A stretch of 64,000 bases of DNA, from contig JAJZVN010000010.1 of the NCBI GenBank assembly GCA_021845685.1, forward strand, positions 3,096 to 67,095, given 5' to 3'. Under the pieces are notes generated by a model that was not told where the DNA came from, did no database searches, and saw only the letters and a list, made by a program, of their open reading frames with translations. The position numbers and the translations under genes are program-made. Shown piece by piece: positions 39,374 to 50,200 of the stretch. Position 1 is the stretch's first letter. Every line of letters begins with the position of its first letter. The DNA comes from a bacterium. Lineage in GTDB: Bacteria; SZUA-79; Acidulodesulfobacterales; Acidulodesulfobacteraceae.

Positions 39374-40051
39374 ATGTATAATTTATATATTGTTGCAACT
39401 CCTATCGGCAATCTTGAAGATATCACAATCAGAGCTTTGAAAACTTTGCGTTCCGTCAGTTTAATTGCGTGCGAAGATACCAGAAAAACAAGGATTCTTA
39501 CTTCAAGATATCATATAAAATCTCGTTTGATTTCATATCATGAATATAATAAAAAAGGAGCGACGGAAAATATAGTTTCGCATATTACTAAAGCAGGCGA
39601 TGCCGCATTAGTAACAGAAGCAGGTACTCCGCTTATTTCCGACCCCGGTTCATATCTTGTAAGAATGTGTATTGAAAGAGATATAAGAGTTATACCTATT
39701 CCTGGACCTTCCAGCGTTATAGCTGCATTATCGGCATCAGGGGCGGATGTGTCGGAATTTACTTTTATAGGTTTTTTGCCTAAAAAACCAGGGAAAAGGA
39801 AAAATATGCTCCTTAAATTAAAAGAGGAAGGAAGAACTTTCGTCGTGTTTGAAGCGGCAAGAGACATTGAAAAATTATTTGATGTCATAGAAAATATTTT
39901 TGGAAATGTAAAGATATGCTATGCAAAAGAGATTACAAAGTTTTTTGAAAATATTAGAACTAAAGATATAAGCTCTTTGCGCATTGATTTTAATAATAGC
40001 CCTGAACTTTTAAAAGGCGAAATCACATTAATAATATCTCCGAAATTATAA
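39374..40051 (+). CDS. rsmI: 16S rRNA (cytidine1402-2'-O)-methyltransferase
   Basis: 225 aa. LYIVATPIGNLEDITIRAL...IACEDTR...SDPG tetrapyrrole-methylase-fold motifs. Confidence 0.85.
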   Translation: MYNLYIVATPIGNLEDITIRALKTLRSVSLIACEDTRKTRILTSRYHIKSRLISYHEYNKKGATENIVSHITKAGDAALVTEAGTPLISDPGSYLVRMCIERDIRVIPIPGPSSVIAALSASGADVSEFTFIGFLPKKPGKRKNMLLKLKEEGRTFVVFEAARDIEKLFDVIENIFGNVKICYAKEITKFFENIRTKDISSLRIDFNNSPELLKGEITLIISPKL

Positions 40052-40096
40052 TTATAACAAAAGTTTAACGCCGTCTAATCCCATCTCATCCTAAAA

Positions 40097-40178
40097 GAAA
40101 GCACAATAACATATTAGTTAAATTAATAATATTTATAGAAAGCACAATAACATATTAGTTAAATTAATAATATTTCTA
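40097..40178 (+). repeat. 41-bp tandem direct repeat x2
   Basis: gaaagcacaataacatattagttaaattaataatattt occurs at 40097 and 40138, immediately upstream of the Pho-box-like array. Confidence 0.8.
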
Positions 40179-40181
40179 AAT

Positions 40182-40237
40182 TGTAACAAAAATTTAACAT
40201 AATCTTCATCAAATTGTAACATTTCTTTTAGTATAAT
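40182..40237 (+). promoter_or_regulatory. Pho-box-like array plus -10 (upstream of the Pi transporter)
   Basis: TGTAACA (40182), TTTAACA (40193), CTTCATC (40204) and TGTAACA (40215) sit at exact 11-bp phasing. TATAAT at 40232-40237 lies 10 nt after the last box. No -35 element. Confidence 0.55.
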
Positions 40238-40253
40238 ATCCTCATATTAAATA

Positions 40254-40420
40254 TTAACCCAACTCAACTCAACTTCATCGTTTTTATTATTATAAAATTA
40301 TAACCCATTGATATTATTACATTTTATTTTTTATTTTGTAATCCCCATAAACATTTTTGTTGCCCTCATAAATATAGCAATATAAACATGTTGCTGGTAA
40401 TTATGGTGAAGTTGGGTTAA
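40254..40420. mobile_element. MITE family 2, copy c
   Basis: ttaacccaactcaactcaacttcatcg ... ggtgaagttgggttaa. Inserted between the Pho-box promoter and the transporter start codon. Confidence 0.7.
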
Positions 40421-40449
40421 AAATAACAGTTAAAATAAAATAAATTAAG

Positions 40450-41937
40450 ATGGGAGGATTTATGAATGCAAGTGAAGATTTAAGGAGTGAGTTGCTTCAT
40501 AAGGTAGACGAAGTAGGTCTTGCAAAGCATCATTTTAGAACTATGTTTACGGCAGGCATGGGTTTTTTTACTGATGCGTACGATTTATTTATTATAGGGG
40601 TTACTATAGCTCTGCTGACTCCTATATGGCATCTGACATCTATTGACATTGCATGGCTCGGCTCCACATCGTTAATAGGTGCTGCTATGGGTGCTTTTGT
40701 ATTCGGGCGGATTTCAGATATTTTTGGAAGAAAAGCTATCTACGGACTTGAAGTAATAATATTAACGATAGCGGCGATAGGTTCAGCTTTCTCTCAGGAT
40801 ATTTTGCAGCTTATAATATGGAGATTTATATTGGGCTTAGGCATAGGCGGCGATTATCCTATAAGCGCTATTATTATGAGCGAGTATTCAAATAGAAAAG
40901 ACAGAGGTAAATTAATAGGTATGGTGTTTTCTCTGCAGGGAATAGGGTTAATAGCAGGTCCTATGGTTGCAATCTTAATATTAATGCTCGGCGTTCCGCA
41001 TGATATTGCATGGAGAATTTTATTAGGGTTAGGTGCAATACCGGCAGCCAGCGTCATTTATCTTAGAAGAAAAATTAAAGAAACGCCGCATTTTTCTCTG
41101 TCTGTTCAAGGAAACGTAGATAATACGGTCGGAGCGATAAATGATATAACCGGGTCAAACATTAAAGTCAATCATGAAAATAGGCAGCAGCAAACAAGGG
41201 TGAAAGCAAAAGCAAAATGGACGGATATTTTAAAATATCCATACAATCTGAGACTTTTAGGAACCATGGGGAGCTGGTTTTTAGTTGACTGGGCATTTTA
41301 CGGAAATTCAATTTCATGGCCACTCGTCATGAAATCGTTTCTTCCGCACGCAACATTTATACAGGGTTTAGCTTTAGCAACCATTGTTTTTATAGTTTTT
41401 GCCGCCCCGTTTTATTGGATAGCATCCTTTAATTTAGATACTCTTGGAAGAAAATTTATACAGACATTCGGGTTTATCGGCATGGCGTTAGCTTATCTTA
41501 TAATCTCGTTAGTAAGCTTTTCCGGATATACTTTATTACCTGTTGCTTTTATGCTGATATTCGGATTAAGCTATATATTCGTGGAGTTTGGACCGAACAT
41601 GACAACATTTATTTATCCTGCGGAGGTATTTCCGACTTCCATAAGAGGTCTTGGGGACGGTTTGTCAGCTGGAGCGGGTAAAACAGGGGCATTTATCGGA
41701 ACATTTCTTTTTCCTTTGCTTTTAATGACAATAAAGATTCAGGGCACTTTTTTAGTTCTTGCCGTAATTTCGGTAATGGGAGCTATTTTAACGATTGCCA
41801 CCCTGCCTGAAACAAAAAATGTTTCACTGGCAACAGTAAGCGAAGAAAATCAATTTGTAGATGAAGATTCCGAATCTTTAAATATGAAAGGACATTCTGC
41901 AATAAAAGTAAGTACGGTAAAATCAAATAATTTATAA
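40450..41937 (+). CDS. MFS inorganic phosphate:H+ symporter (PHS/Pho84-like family)
   Basis: 495 aa, 12 TM. AGMGFFTDAYDLFIIG and GRISDIFGRK signatures are typical of PHS transporters. An alternative start exists at 40462. Confidence 0.8.
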   Translation: MGGFMNASEDLRSELLHKVDEVGLAKHHFRTMFTAGMGFFTDAYDLFIIGVTIALLTPIWHLTSIDIAWLGSTSLIGAAMGAFVFGRISDIFGRKAIYGLEVIILTIAAIGSAFSQDILQLIIWRFILGLGIGGDYPISAIIMSEYSNRKDRGKLIGMVFSLQGIGLIAGPMVAILILMLGVPHDIAWRILLGLGAIPAASVIYLRRKIKETPHFSLSVQGNVDNTVGAINDITGSNIKVNHENRQQQTRVKAKAKWTDILKYPYNLRLLGTMGSWFLVDWAFYGNSISWPLVMKSFLPHATFIQGLALATIVFIVFAAPFYWIASFNLDTLGRKFIQTFGFIGMALAYLIISLVSFSGYTLLPVAFMLIFGLSYIFVEFGPNMTTFIYPAEVFPTSIRGLGDGLSAGAGKTGAFIGTFLFPLLLMTIKIQGTFLVLAVISVMGAILTIATLPETKNVSLATVSEENQFVDEDSESLNMKGHSAIKVSTVKSNNL

Positions 41938-42117
41938 GTTATGTTTGTTATATTATAAGAATATATTTAAAAGTTCAAAAATTAAATTTGATAAAGAAGA
42001 TTATTAATTTATTAAATTTTGAAAGTGAGAAAATAAAGAACGTGAAAATTATCAAATTTAATTTATAAGTCGTATAAATATTTTTATAAGCTATTATAAC
42101 TATAAGATATTTTTTAA

Positions 42118-42164
42118 CAGCGGTTAAATAAATAATTAAAATTTATTTAACCGCTGTTTTTTTA
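42118..42164 (+). terminator. rho-independent terminator after the Pi transporter
   Basis: cagcggttaaataaat ... atttatttaaccgctg, followed by T7. Confidence 0.75.
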
Positions 42165-42313
42165 ATTTTTTTTGTCTCCAAGTAAATAATAAAAAAATAC
42201 GGAACATATCTGATAAGCCGCTTATGACAACAAGCTTGTCTTTAGCTTCATATAATTAATAAAACAATCCAAAACATACCTGATATTATATTTTGATATG
42301 ATTATAATAATAT

Positions 42314-42368
42314 TGTAACAAAAATTTAATCTAATCGTCATTATAATGAAATATTAATTATATATAAT
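42314..42368 (+). promoter_or_regulatory. Pho-box-like array plus -10 (upstream of 42586-43670 operon)
   Basis: TGTAACA (42314), TTTAATC (42325), CGTCATT (42336) and TGAAATA (42347) at 11-bp phasing. TATAAT at 42363. Confidence 0.5.
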
Positions 42369-42585
42369 ATAGATATTATTATAAAAGAAAAAAAGGTATA
42401 GCTAAGAATTTTATAAATTTTTTATAGAACGGCAAATTAGTTAATGCATTAGCAATTAAAAATTAAAGATTACGCCTTTAGGATTTATTATTATAAGTTT
42501 CCAATAAATTTGAACTTATTTTAAATTAAGTTAAATAGATTGTTATTAAATTTAAAATAATTAAATTTATGTAAGGAGGTTAAAA

Positions 42586-42924
42586 ATGGATAGCGAAGAA
42601 TTGAAGAATTTAAATAATGATTTGAATTTTAATAAGTTAGACGATAATTTTAATAATGCAAATTCACAAATTGAAAGAATAATGAAAAAAATTTCTAATA
42701 ATGCAATTTTAATAAAAAATAAATATTTAGGTATGATTAAAAATAAAATAAATAAATCTCCAAAAGGAGAAGCGGTAATGGATATGTCATGCGGATGCGG
42801 AGATTCATCTTTTTCTGTTATAGTTACGGAAAAAGACATTGAAAAGATTTATGCTAAATTTGATAAAAAATGTTCTTTTTGCAATGATTTTATAAAAATA
42901 AAATTTATTGTGAAAGAAAATTAA
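42586..42924 (+). CDS. hypothetical small protein with CGCG and CxxC-like cysteines
   Basis: 112 aa. A strong AAGGAGG RBS lies 7 nt upstream. Probably co-transcribed with the PHP gene 23 nt downstream. Confidence 0.5.
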   Translation: MDSEELKNLNNDLNFNKLDDNFNNANSQIERIMKKISNNAILIKNKYLGMIKNKINKSPKGEAVMDMSCGCGDSSFSVIVTEKDIEKIYAKFDKKCSFCNDFIKIKFIVKEN

Positions 42925-42947
42925 ATTTACGTATCGTCATAAAAGTT

Positions 42948-43670
42948 ATGCTAAAAAAAAATTACGCCAAATCCGATACTCATATTCATACAAGTTATAG
43001 CGACGGTTTAAATTCCCCAGAAGAAATTGTAAATGCTGCAAGCGGAAATTTAAATGTTATTGCGATAACAGATCATAACAGAATTAAAGGGGCATACAAA
43101 GCGAAAGAATATGCGGGGAAAAACCGTCATTTAGGGGTGGATGTTATAATAGGCGAAGAAATATCAACAAAAAACGGACATGTAATAGGACTTTTTATAA
43201 AAGATAAAATTATTCCGGGCAAAACCGCTCAAGAAACTATTGACGAAATACATAAACAAGGCGGACTTGCTATATGTCCTCATCCGTATTATCTTATTTC
43301 GTATAAAGAAAAGGGTAATAAACCATTGCGAAAATTATTAGGTTTGCTTAATTTTGATGCCATTGAAGTTATAAATAATTCAAGCATATGTGCCTTTTTC
43401 TATAATGCTTTATCTTCTCTTGCGAATGCTTCGGTCGGTCTTCCCGCATTAGGGGTATCCGATGCCCATTCTAAAGAATTTATAGGAAAAGGTTTTACAA
43501 AATTTGAAGGAAAAAACGCCGAAGATTTTAAAAATATGATAATTAAAAATAAAGTAACCGCACATTTTAAAAATTATTCTTTTAAGGATATCAATAAACA
43601 ATTATTACATTCTTTTAAATCTTTTTATTATTATTATATGAACGATATTAATGATATTAATGACAAATAG
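42948..43670 (+). CDS. PHP-domain metal-dependent phosphoesterase
   Basis: 240 aa. DTHIHTSYSDG, AITDHN, CPHP, and SDAHS motifs. Confidence 0.75.
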   Translation: MLKKNYAKSDTHIHTSYSDGLNSPEEIVNAASGNLNVIAITDHNRIKGAYKAKEYAGKNRHLGVDVIIGEEISTKNGHVIGLFIKDKIIPGKTAQETIDEIHKQGGLAICPHPYYLISYKEKGNKPLRKLLGLLNFDAIEVINNSSICAFFYNALSSLANASVGLPALGVSDAHSKEFIGKGFTKFEGKNAEDFKNMIIKNKVTAHFKNYSFKDINKQLLHSFKSFYYYYMNDINDINDK

Positions 43671-43820
43671 ATAATATAGGTGTTTTCCCGCCTGACTTGG
43701 TCCAAGAATTGCGATTATTTGCCAGAACTTTAAGCTTTTTGGAGCAGTCTGTTTCGTGGTCAGCATCGCCTTGACAAAATCATCTTGACAAATATGTACG
43801 GTATATTTTATATTACATAG

Positions 43821-44243
43821 ATGATAAAGTATTTTTTGAATAAAAAATATAAGGTTTTTCTATTTTTTCCTCTTGCCGCTATTGCGATTTTTTATCTAAT
43901 CGGGGCTACCGAAATAAGCTATATGTTTAATGCTCCAATGATAATGACCCCAATGCAAGTCGGAATGCCTATGCAGATGGGTCAGACAATAGGAAAGTCG
44001 GTAAAAGGGATGGAAAAAACAGCTTTGCTATTTCCATCAAAAATCAATCCACGTCATTTCAATAAGTTAAATTTACAATCTTACGTAACTTGCGTAGAAT
44101 GTCAGAATTTACCTACCGCTTATTATTACCCCGTAATATTTTATTACGGTAGTTTTATTAGAACAATCTTGTTTACAGGAAAGATATATAGGAAACATTT
44201 TTCTTCCGATATACCCCATCCCCCTCAAAACCCTCTTATTTAA
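43821..44243 (+). CDS. hypothetical membrane-anchored Met-rich protein (uncertain)
   Basis: 140-aa ORF with an N-terminal TM, then MFNAPMIMTPMQVGMPMQMGQ (8 Met in 21 aa). The 3' half runs through a hairpin (ccgtaat/attacgg, ~44141-44159), so the real product may be shorter or absent. Confidence 0.3.
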   Translation: MIKYFLNKKYKVFLFFPLAAIAIFYLIGATEISYMFNAPMIMTPMQVGMPMQMGQTIGKSVKGMEKTALLFPSKINPRHFNKLNLQSYVTCVECQNLPTAYYYPVIFYYGSFIRTILFTGKIYRKHFSSDIPHPPQNPLI

Positions 44244-44279
44244 TCGAACATCAATCTTTTGCTTTGTTTTGTTATTACT

Positions 44280-44420
44280 CATTGCTAGCGTAGCGGACAG
44301 ACGGAATCCAGCAGGAGGAAGCGCGTCTTTCGCACTAACTCCGGCGAAGCTCACCAACGTTTTATCGCGCAGCAAAGCGAGCAATCTACCTTGAGATTGT
44401 TTATGTTTTACCATATATGT
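44280..44420. other. GC-rich island C upstream of cusC (possible leader RNA or MITE-related relic)
   Basis: About 50% GC. 5' attgctagcg can pair with either of two tandem 3' segments (gcgcagcaa / agcgagcaat). Internal agacg/cgtct helix. A 3' hairpin caatct/agattg is followed by a T-rich tract. Shares motifs with 39264-39300 and 60790-60905. Confidence 0.25.
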
Positions 44421-44556
44421 TTGTTTTTATATCTGTATCTAAAGCATAGGCATATAGTTATTGTTCGGCGTGCAGATTAAAAATTAATTAACATAATTAA
44501 ATTAAAATAAGAAAAAATTACTCCAAATTTAAAAATTTAAAGGAGATTTATTTGTA

Positions 44557-45876
44557 ATGGAAAAAGTAAAGATAAAAATATTGCGTATAGCATTTTTTTT
44601 GATGATTCTGATATCAGTATCTATGATATCTATGATTTTTTCAATGCCAAAAGGTTTTTCAGCCGAGCTAATTAAGAAAAAACCTCATTTTGATGCGGTC
44701 GTATTGCCGTTAAAATTTCTTATTAAAAAAGCTTTAAAAAATCCGGAAATAAAATCAAGCATATATCAATACTTGGGATATAAAGAAAATATAACAATAG
44801 TAAAGAGCCTTCCCGAGCCTGCGGTAGGATTCGGAATGACTGATGCTAACGGGTTTAATAATCCGCAGATAGGCATTAATTCAATGAGCTACTGGAAATT
44901 TAGCGCATCGCAGGCAATACCGTTTCCCACTAAATTATTTATAAATAGCAAAATCAAGAAATCCATATATAAATCATTGAAAGATAAAACTATTTCTTTA
45001 AAACTTTTTACTATTTTAAATATCAAAGATGTTTATTACAATCTTGCTTTATTAGAAAAAGATATAAAAACTTTTAAAGAAAACCTTACGCTTATTAATC
45101 TGCTGTTAAAATATGCCGACAGAAATTATGCAAGCGGCAGATCAAACGCAAGAGGTCCTATGAGAATCATTTTAGAGATTGATCAAATAAAAACTAAGTT
45201 AATCTTATTTAAAAAACAAAAAAATAAATTTGTATATATATTGTCAAAATTTACGGAGCTTCCGATAAAATATTTTAAAAATAAAAAAGCTGAATTTATG
45301 GGAAAAGTTATGCCTTTAAAATATCAATTTAATAATCTTATGAAAACAGCGGATAAATTAAATCCTGATTTAAAAGAAGGAAAAGAAAATATTAAAACTT
45401 CCCTGCTCGGCATAGACCTGGCAAATCAAGGATATTATCCAAATTTTTCTGTATTTTTAGGCTATGGAGACAGATATTCGCTTCAACCTGTTATATCAGG
45501 CGGCGTATCAATTACTTTGCCTTTATATTTTAATGAAAGTCAGATTCCAAAAATAAACAAGGCAAAAAAATATAATATTAATACTATTTATAAATATGCA
45601 TGGATACGATTAAAAACCGTTCAAGATTTAAAGACTGCCGTAAGCAATATAAAAAATGATTATAAAGTTTACGTCATCAATAAAAATATAACCGAACCCG
45701 AAGCAAAACTCTTATTCAATTCGTATACCAAAAGTCTTATGTCGGGCAAGGCACAGACATTTCCTTTGTTGAACAGTTTTGTCCAATTGCTTTTGATAAG
45801 ACTTAAAACTTATGCATACAAAGCCGAATATTTTAAGGATGATGCTTTTTTAGAGGCGGTTATAGGAAAAAATTAA
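44557..45876 (+). CDS. cusC: outer-membrane efflux protein (TolC/CusC family)
   Basis: 439 aa with a signal peptide. First gene of a three-gene RND heavy-metal efflux cluster. Confidence 0.7.
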   Translation: MEKVKIKILRIAFFLMILISVSMISMIFSMPKGFSAELIKKKPHFDAVVLPLKFLIKKALKNPEIKSSIYQYLGYKENITIVKSLPEPAVGFGMTDANGFNNPQIGINSMSYWKFSASQAIPFPTKLFINSKIKKSIYKSLKDKTISLKLFTILNIKDVYYNLALLEKDIKTFKENLTLINLLLKYADRNYASGRSNARGPMRIILEIDQIKTKLILFKKQKNKFVYILSKFTELPIKYFKNKKAEFMGKVMPLKYQFNNLMKTADKLNPDLKEGKENIKTSLLGIDLANQGYYPNFSVFLGYGDRYSLQPVISGGVSITLPLYFNESQIPKINKAKKYNINTIYKYAWIRLKTVQDLKTAVSNIKNDYKVYVINKNITEPEAKLLFNSYTKSLMSGKAQTFPLLNSFVQLLLIRLKTYAYKAEYFKDDAFLEAVIGKN

Positions 45877-46047
45877 CGGTTTAATTTTTTATTAATATTT
45901 AATTAATTTGAATTTAATCGTTTTGTATATAATTGCATATAAAAAAATTATTAATTTATATAAATTAATAATTATAGTTAAACAATTAAACAATTAAACA
46001 GTAGATATAAATTTTATAAAAATAATAATAAAGACAGAGGATATATT

Positions 46048-47223
46048 ATGAAAAAAATGATTTATATAGCAGGTCTGATTATAACTCTTATAATAGGTAT
46101 TGCGGCATCGGCAGTTTATTTTCAATTTTTTAATTATAAATATAAAAGCAATAATAATAAGCCGCCTAAAAAAATGCCGAAAAAAATGGTAATGCCTTTA
46201 AAAAAAGGAATTTTTGTAAGTTCAAGACAAAGGCAGCTTTACGGGATAACCGTAGGCACGGTTAAATACATAAAAATAAGCCCTGTCATAAGATCAATCG
46301 GCGAATTGAAGATAGCAGAACCGCTTATTAAAAAAATATCATTAAGATATAGCGGATATATAACAAAGCTGTATGCAAACAAAACCGGAATGAAAATATA
46401 TGTCGGCGATAAATTGTTTAGGATTTACAGCCCGTCTATTTTTAACGCAGAAAAAAATCTTTTTTTAGCTTATAAAAATTATAAAAATGCTAAGAAATCA
46501 AATTATAAATTTAGTATTGCGGAAAGCAAAAGTTATTACAGAGCTGCCGAAAAAAGGCTTAAGCTATACGGAGGTATATCAAAAAAGCAGATAAAAGAAA
46601 TAAAAGACGGTATTTATACAAAATCCGATATTGTTATTTATTCAAATTTGTCAGGCATTTTATTAAAAAAATATGTATATTCCGGGCAGCATTTTACTAA
46701 AGGGCAGACATTATTTAAATTAGCGGGGTTAAATACATTATGGATGAATATATCTATTTATGGAAGCGATTTAAAATTTGTCAATAAAGACAGCAATGTA
46801 TCAGTTGAATTTTCAGCTTACCCCGGAAAAATTTTTAACGGAAAAGTATCATTTATATATCCGTATTTAAAATCTCACGCAAGGGTTACGGAAGCAAGAA
46901 TTGTTTTTAATAATAGACAAGGACTATTGCATCCTGGTATGTTTGGAAACGCTGAATTAATAATGAAACCGATGCATAAATTGTCGATAAAATCATCTTC
47001 GGTTTTATGGACAGGGACTGAGCCGGTTGTTTTTATATATAACGGCAAAGGTTATTTTGCGTCGAAAAAAGTTGTTCTGGGCAAAAGATGGGGCAATTAT
47101 TATCCTGTAATAAGCGGTTTAAAAGCAGGAGAAAGAATTGTAACCTCCGGTACTTTTTTGATTTCATCCGATGCAAACTTGAAACAGTCGGTTAATTCAA
47201 TGGCAGGTATGCCTGGTATGTAA
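46048..47223 (+). CDS. cusB: RND efflux periplasmic adaptor (CusB-like)
   Basis: 391 aa. N-terminal Met cluster KKMPKKMVMP, with membrane-fusion beta-barrel and lipoyl-like regions. Confidence 0.8.
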   Translation: MKKMIYIAGLIITLIIGIAASAVYFQFFNYKYKSNNNKPPKKMPKKMVMPLKKGIFVSSRQRQLYGITVGTVKYIKISPVIRSIGELKIAEPLIKKISLRYSGYITKLYANKTGMKIYVGDKLFRIYSPSIFNAEKNLFLAYKNYKNAKKSNYKFSIAESKSYYRAAEKRLKLYGGISKKQIKEIKDGIYTKSDIVIYSNLSGILLKKYVYSGQHFTKGQTLFKLAGLNTLWMNISIYGSDLKFVNKDSNVSVEFSAYPGKIFNGKVSFIYPYLKSHARVTEARIVFNNRQGLLHPGMFGNAELIMKPMHKLSIKSSSVLWTGTEPVVFIYNGKGYFASKKVVLGKRWGNYYPVISGLKAGERIVTSGTFLISSDANLKQSVNSMAGMPGM

Positions 47224-47258
47224 TATAAATAAATATTAAATTTTGAGGTTTATATATA

Positions 47259-50200
47259 ATGATTAAAAAATTAATAGATTATTGCATAGAAAATCAATTT
47301 ATAGTACTTATTTTTATGCTATTTTTAGGATTTTTCGGTACGATTGCCGTTAAAAATATAAGATTAAATGCCCTTCCTGATATTGCGCCTACGGAAGTTA
47401 TTATAAAAACAGATTGGTCAGGCGAACCGCCGAATCTTATAAATTTAAGAGTAACCTATCCTATAGAATCTTATCTTCTGTCTGCTCCTAAAGTTAAAGA
47501 GGTCAGAGGAACTTCTATGTACGGTTCATCGTTTGTGACTGTAGTGTTTAACAGAGGAACAAGCATTTCATGGGCAAGAGCCCAGATTTTAGCTTATATG
47601 AATCAGATTAAAACATTACTACCCCCGGGAGTAATCCCTGTATTAGGTCCTTATGCCAATGCTATGGGTTGGGTTTATATGTACGGGATAATTGACAAAG
47701 ATCATAACGAAAATTTAGAACAGCTAAGAACTATCCAACAGTATTATTTAAGGTATGCTTTAGAATCTGTTCCCGGTGTTGCTCAGGTTGCGACTTACGG
47801 CGGTTTTCAAAAAGAATATCAGGTTACGTTAAATCCGAGGGCGATTCAATATTATAATATGTCAATCGGTCAGATTAACAACTCTTTAAAATCATCGAAT
47901 AACGATATAGGAGCAAGAGTTATAGATTCTTCTTCGGGCGCTGAACATCTTGTGTTTGTAAAAGGCTATCTGCATACATTAAAAGAAATAAGAAATATAG
48001 TAGTCGGACAGACCGCAAATCATGTACCTATTCTTGTAAAAAATATAGGCTCTGTAGAAAAAGTACCCGCCTCTCAGAGGTCTTATTCCGATTTGAACGG
48101 CAACGGACAGATAGTAGGCGGCGTTGTTATTATGCAGCAGGGAGCCAATACTTTAAATGTAATTAATGCCGTTAAAAAGAAAATTAAATCTTTAGAGACT
48201 TCTCTTCCTAAAGGAGTTAAAATTATCACGACTTACGATGAATCTTCTTTAATCCACAGGTCTATAAATACACTTAAAACCACGCTTTTAGAGATAATAA
48301 TTATAGTTATGCTTGTCTGTATTATTTTCCTGTTTCATTTCAGGTCTGCATTAGTAGTGATAATCATGATGCCGTTTGCAATATTGGGAGCCTTTTTGGC
48401 AATGTACTTATTACATATAAGCGCAAATATCATGTCTTTATCAGGTATTGCTCTTGCTGTCGGCGCAATGGTTGATTCCAGTATAGTTATGATTGAAAAT
48501 GCCCATTCTTATATAGAAAGACTTGAGCATAGTCCCGATTCTGTTCCTGAACATATAAAAGCAATTAAAGACAAAAAGAAAGCAAAAAAAGTTTATATTG
48601 CAGAATCGGCAAAAGAAATGGGCAAACCATTGTTTTTTTCTTTAATAATTATAGCCGCAGGATTTTTGCCTATTTTTTATTTATCCGGGGAAGTCGGGGC
48701 TTTATTTAAGCCTTTAGCTTACACAAAAACCTTCTCGATGCTTTTTGCCGCTTTAATATCCGTTACTTTAGTGCCGATACTTATGGTTCATTTAATAAAA
48801 GGTAAAATAAAACCGATAGACGAAAATCCTGTTAATAGATTTTTGGCTTATATTTACAAGCCCGTTTTAAAATTTGTTATGCTTTATAAATATATATTTA
48901 TAGGTTTAATTTTAATTTTAATGGTTGCAACTTATTTTGTTTATACAAGAATAGGTTCGCAATTTATGCCGCCGTTAAATGAAGGGACTTTACTGTATAT
49001 GCCTTCCGCATTACCCGGTTATTCGGGAACAGACGCTCTAAAATTAATACAAATTGAAGACAGGATAATCAAAAGTTTTTCGGAAGTCAAAATGGTTACG
49101 GCAAAAGCAGGCAGAGCCGATACGGCTTTAGATCCTGCAGGACTTTCGATGACGGAGACCGTTATTAATTTGACAAGACGCTCAACCTGGCCGGAAGGAA
49201 TGACTGTAACAAAATTAATAAGTAAATTAAACAAAGCGTTAAATATCCCGGGACTTGTCAATGTATGGACAATGCCGATCAAAAACAGAATAGAAATGAC
49301 GTCTGCCGGGCTGCGCACTCCCATAGGCATAAAAGTTTACGGTTCAAATGTAAATATATTGCAGAATATTTCGGCAAAAATAGCTTCCGCTCTTTATATG
49401 GTAAAAGGAACGCAGAGCGCCTTTGCAAATAGGATTAACGACAGACCTTACATTGAAATAAGTCCTGATTATATTAAAATGGGGTTTTACGGCATAACGC
49501 TAAAAGAAATTGACGATGCGGTGGATGCGTCGATTGGAGGAAAAACTATTACTACTTTATATAACGGATTGGCTCGATATCCTTTGTCTGTAAGATATCC
49601 TTATACATACAGAAATTCATTATCGGCAATTCGAAATATTTTAGTTAAAACTAAAAACGGTCCGTATGTGCCTTTAAAAGAAACGGCCCACGTAAAATAT
49701 ATTATCGGACCGGATTATGTTTCTTCGCAGGGCGGTATCCCCGATGATATTATAGATATAACATTAAAGACTAAAAATATGGTAGGGTGGGTCAAAACCG
49801 CAAAAAAAATGATATCAAAAATGGTGCCTCTGCCTGTGGGCTACCATATTGTTTTCTCAGGAGAATACAAATCGCTTCAGAGTGCAAATAAAAAATTATT
49901 GTTAATCATTCCTCTTACTATACTGATTATATTTTTGCTTATATATTTAAACTTTAAATCAATCCCGTTGTCGCTGATAGTTATGCTGTCCGTGCCTTTT
50001 GCGCTGATAGGAGGATTTTTTTATATTTATCTGCTACATATAACTTTAAGCATTGCGGTATGGGTGGGTTTTATTGCGCTTATCGGCGTTTCAACTGAGA
50101 TAGGAATGGTCATGATTACCGTTTTGGACAGTCTGTTTAAAGAAAGAGAAATAGCGGCGGTAACGGTATTAGAAGATTTAGAAAGTTCCGGAATTTCAGA

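Noticed and set aside
43690-43800. A minus-strand reading ...DDFVKAMLTTKQTAPKSLKFWQIIAILGPSQAGKH that looks like a Walker-A fragment of an ABC ATPase.
   Set aside because: Only ~35 codons are present, with an imperfect P-loop (GPSQAGKH). The frame runs into the antisense of the PHP gene. It is mentioned within a finding, but the evidence is too thin to annotate as a pseudogene.
44109-44414. 101-aa minus-strand ORF across GC-rich island C. Similar short ORFs occur at 3956-4171 (over the tRNA fragment), 3231-3485 and 63538-63798.
   Set aside because: These are open frames caused by locally GC-rich or palindromic non-coding sequence. They lack an RBS, overlap structured repeats or tRNA-derived sequence, and have no recognisable protein features.
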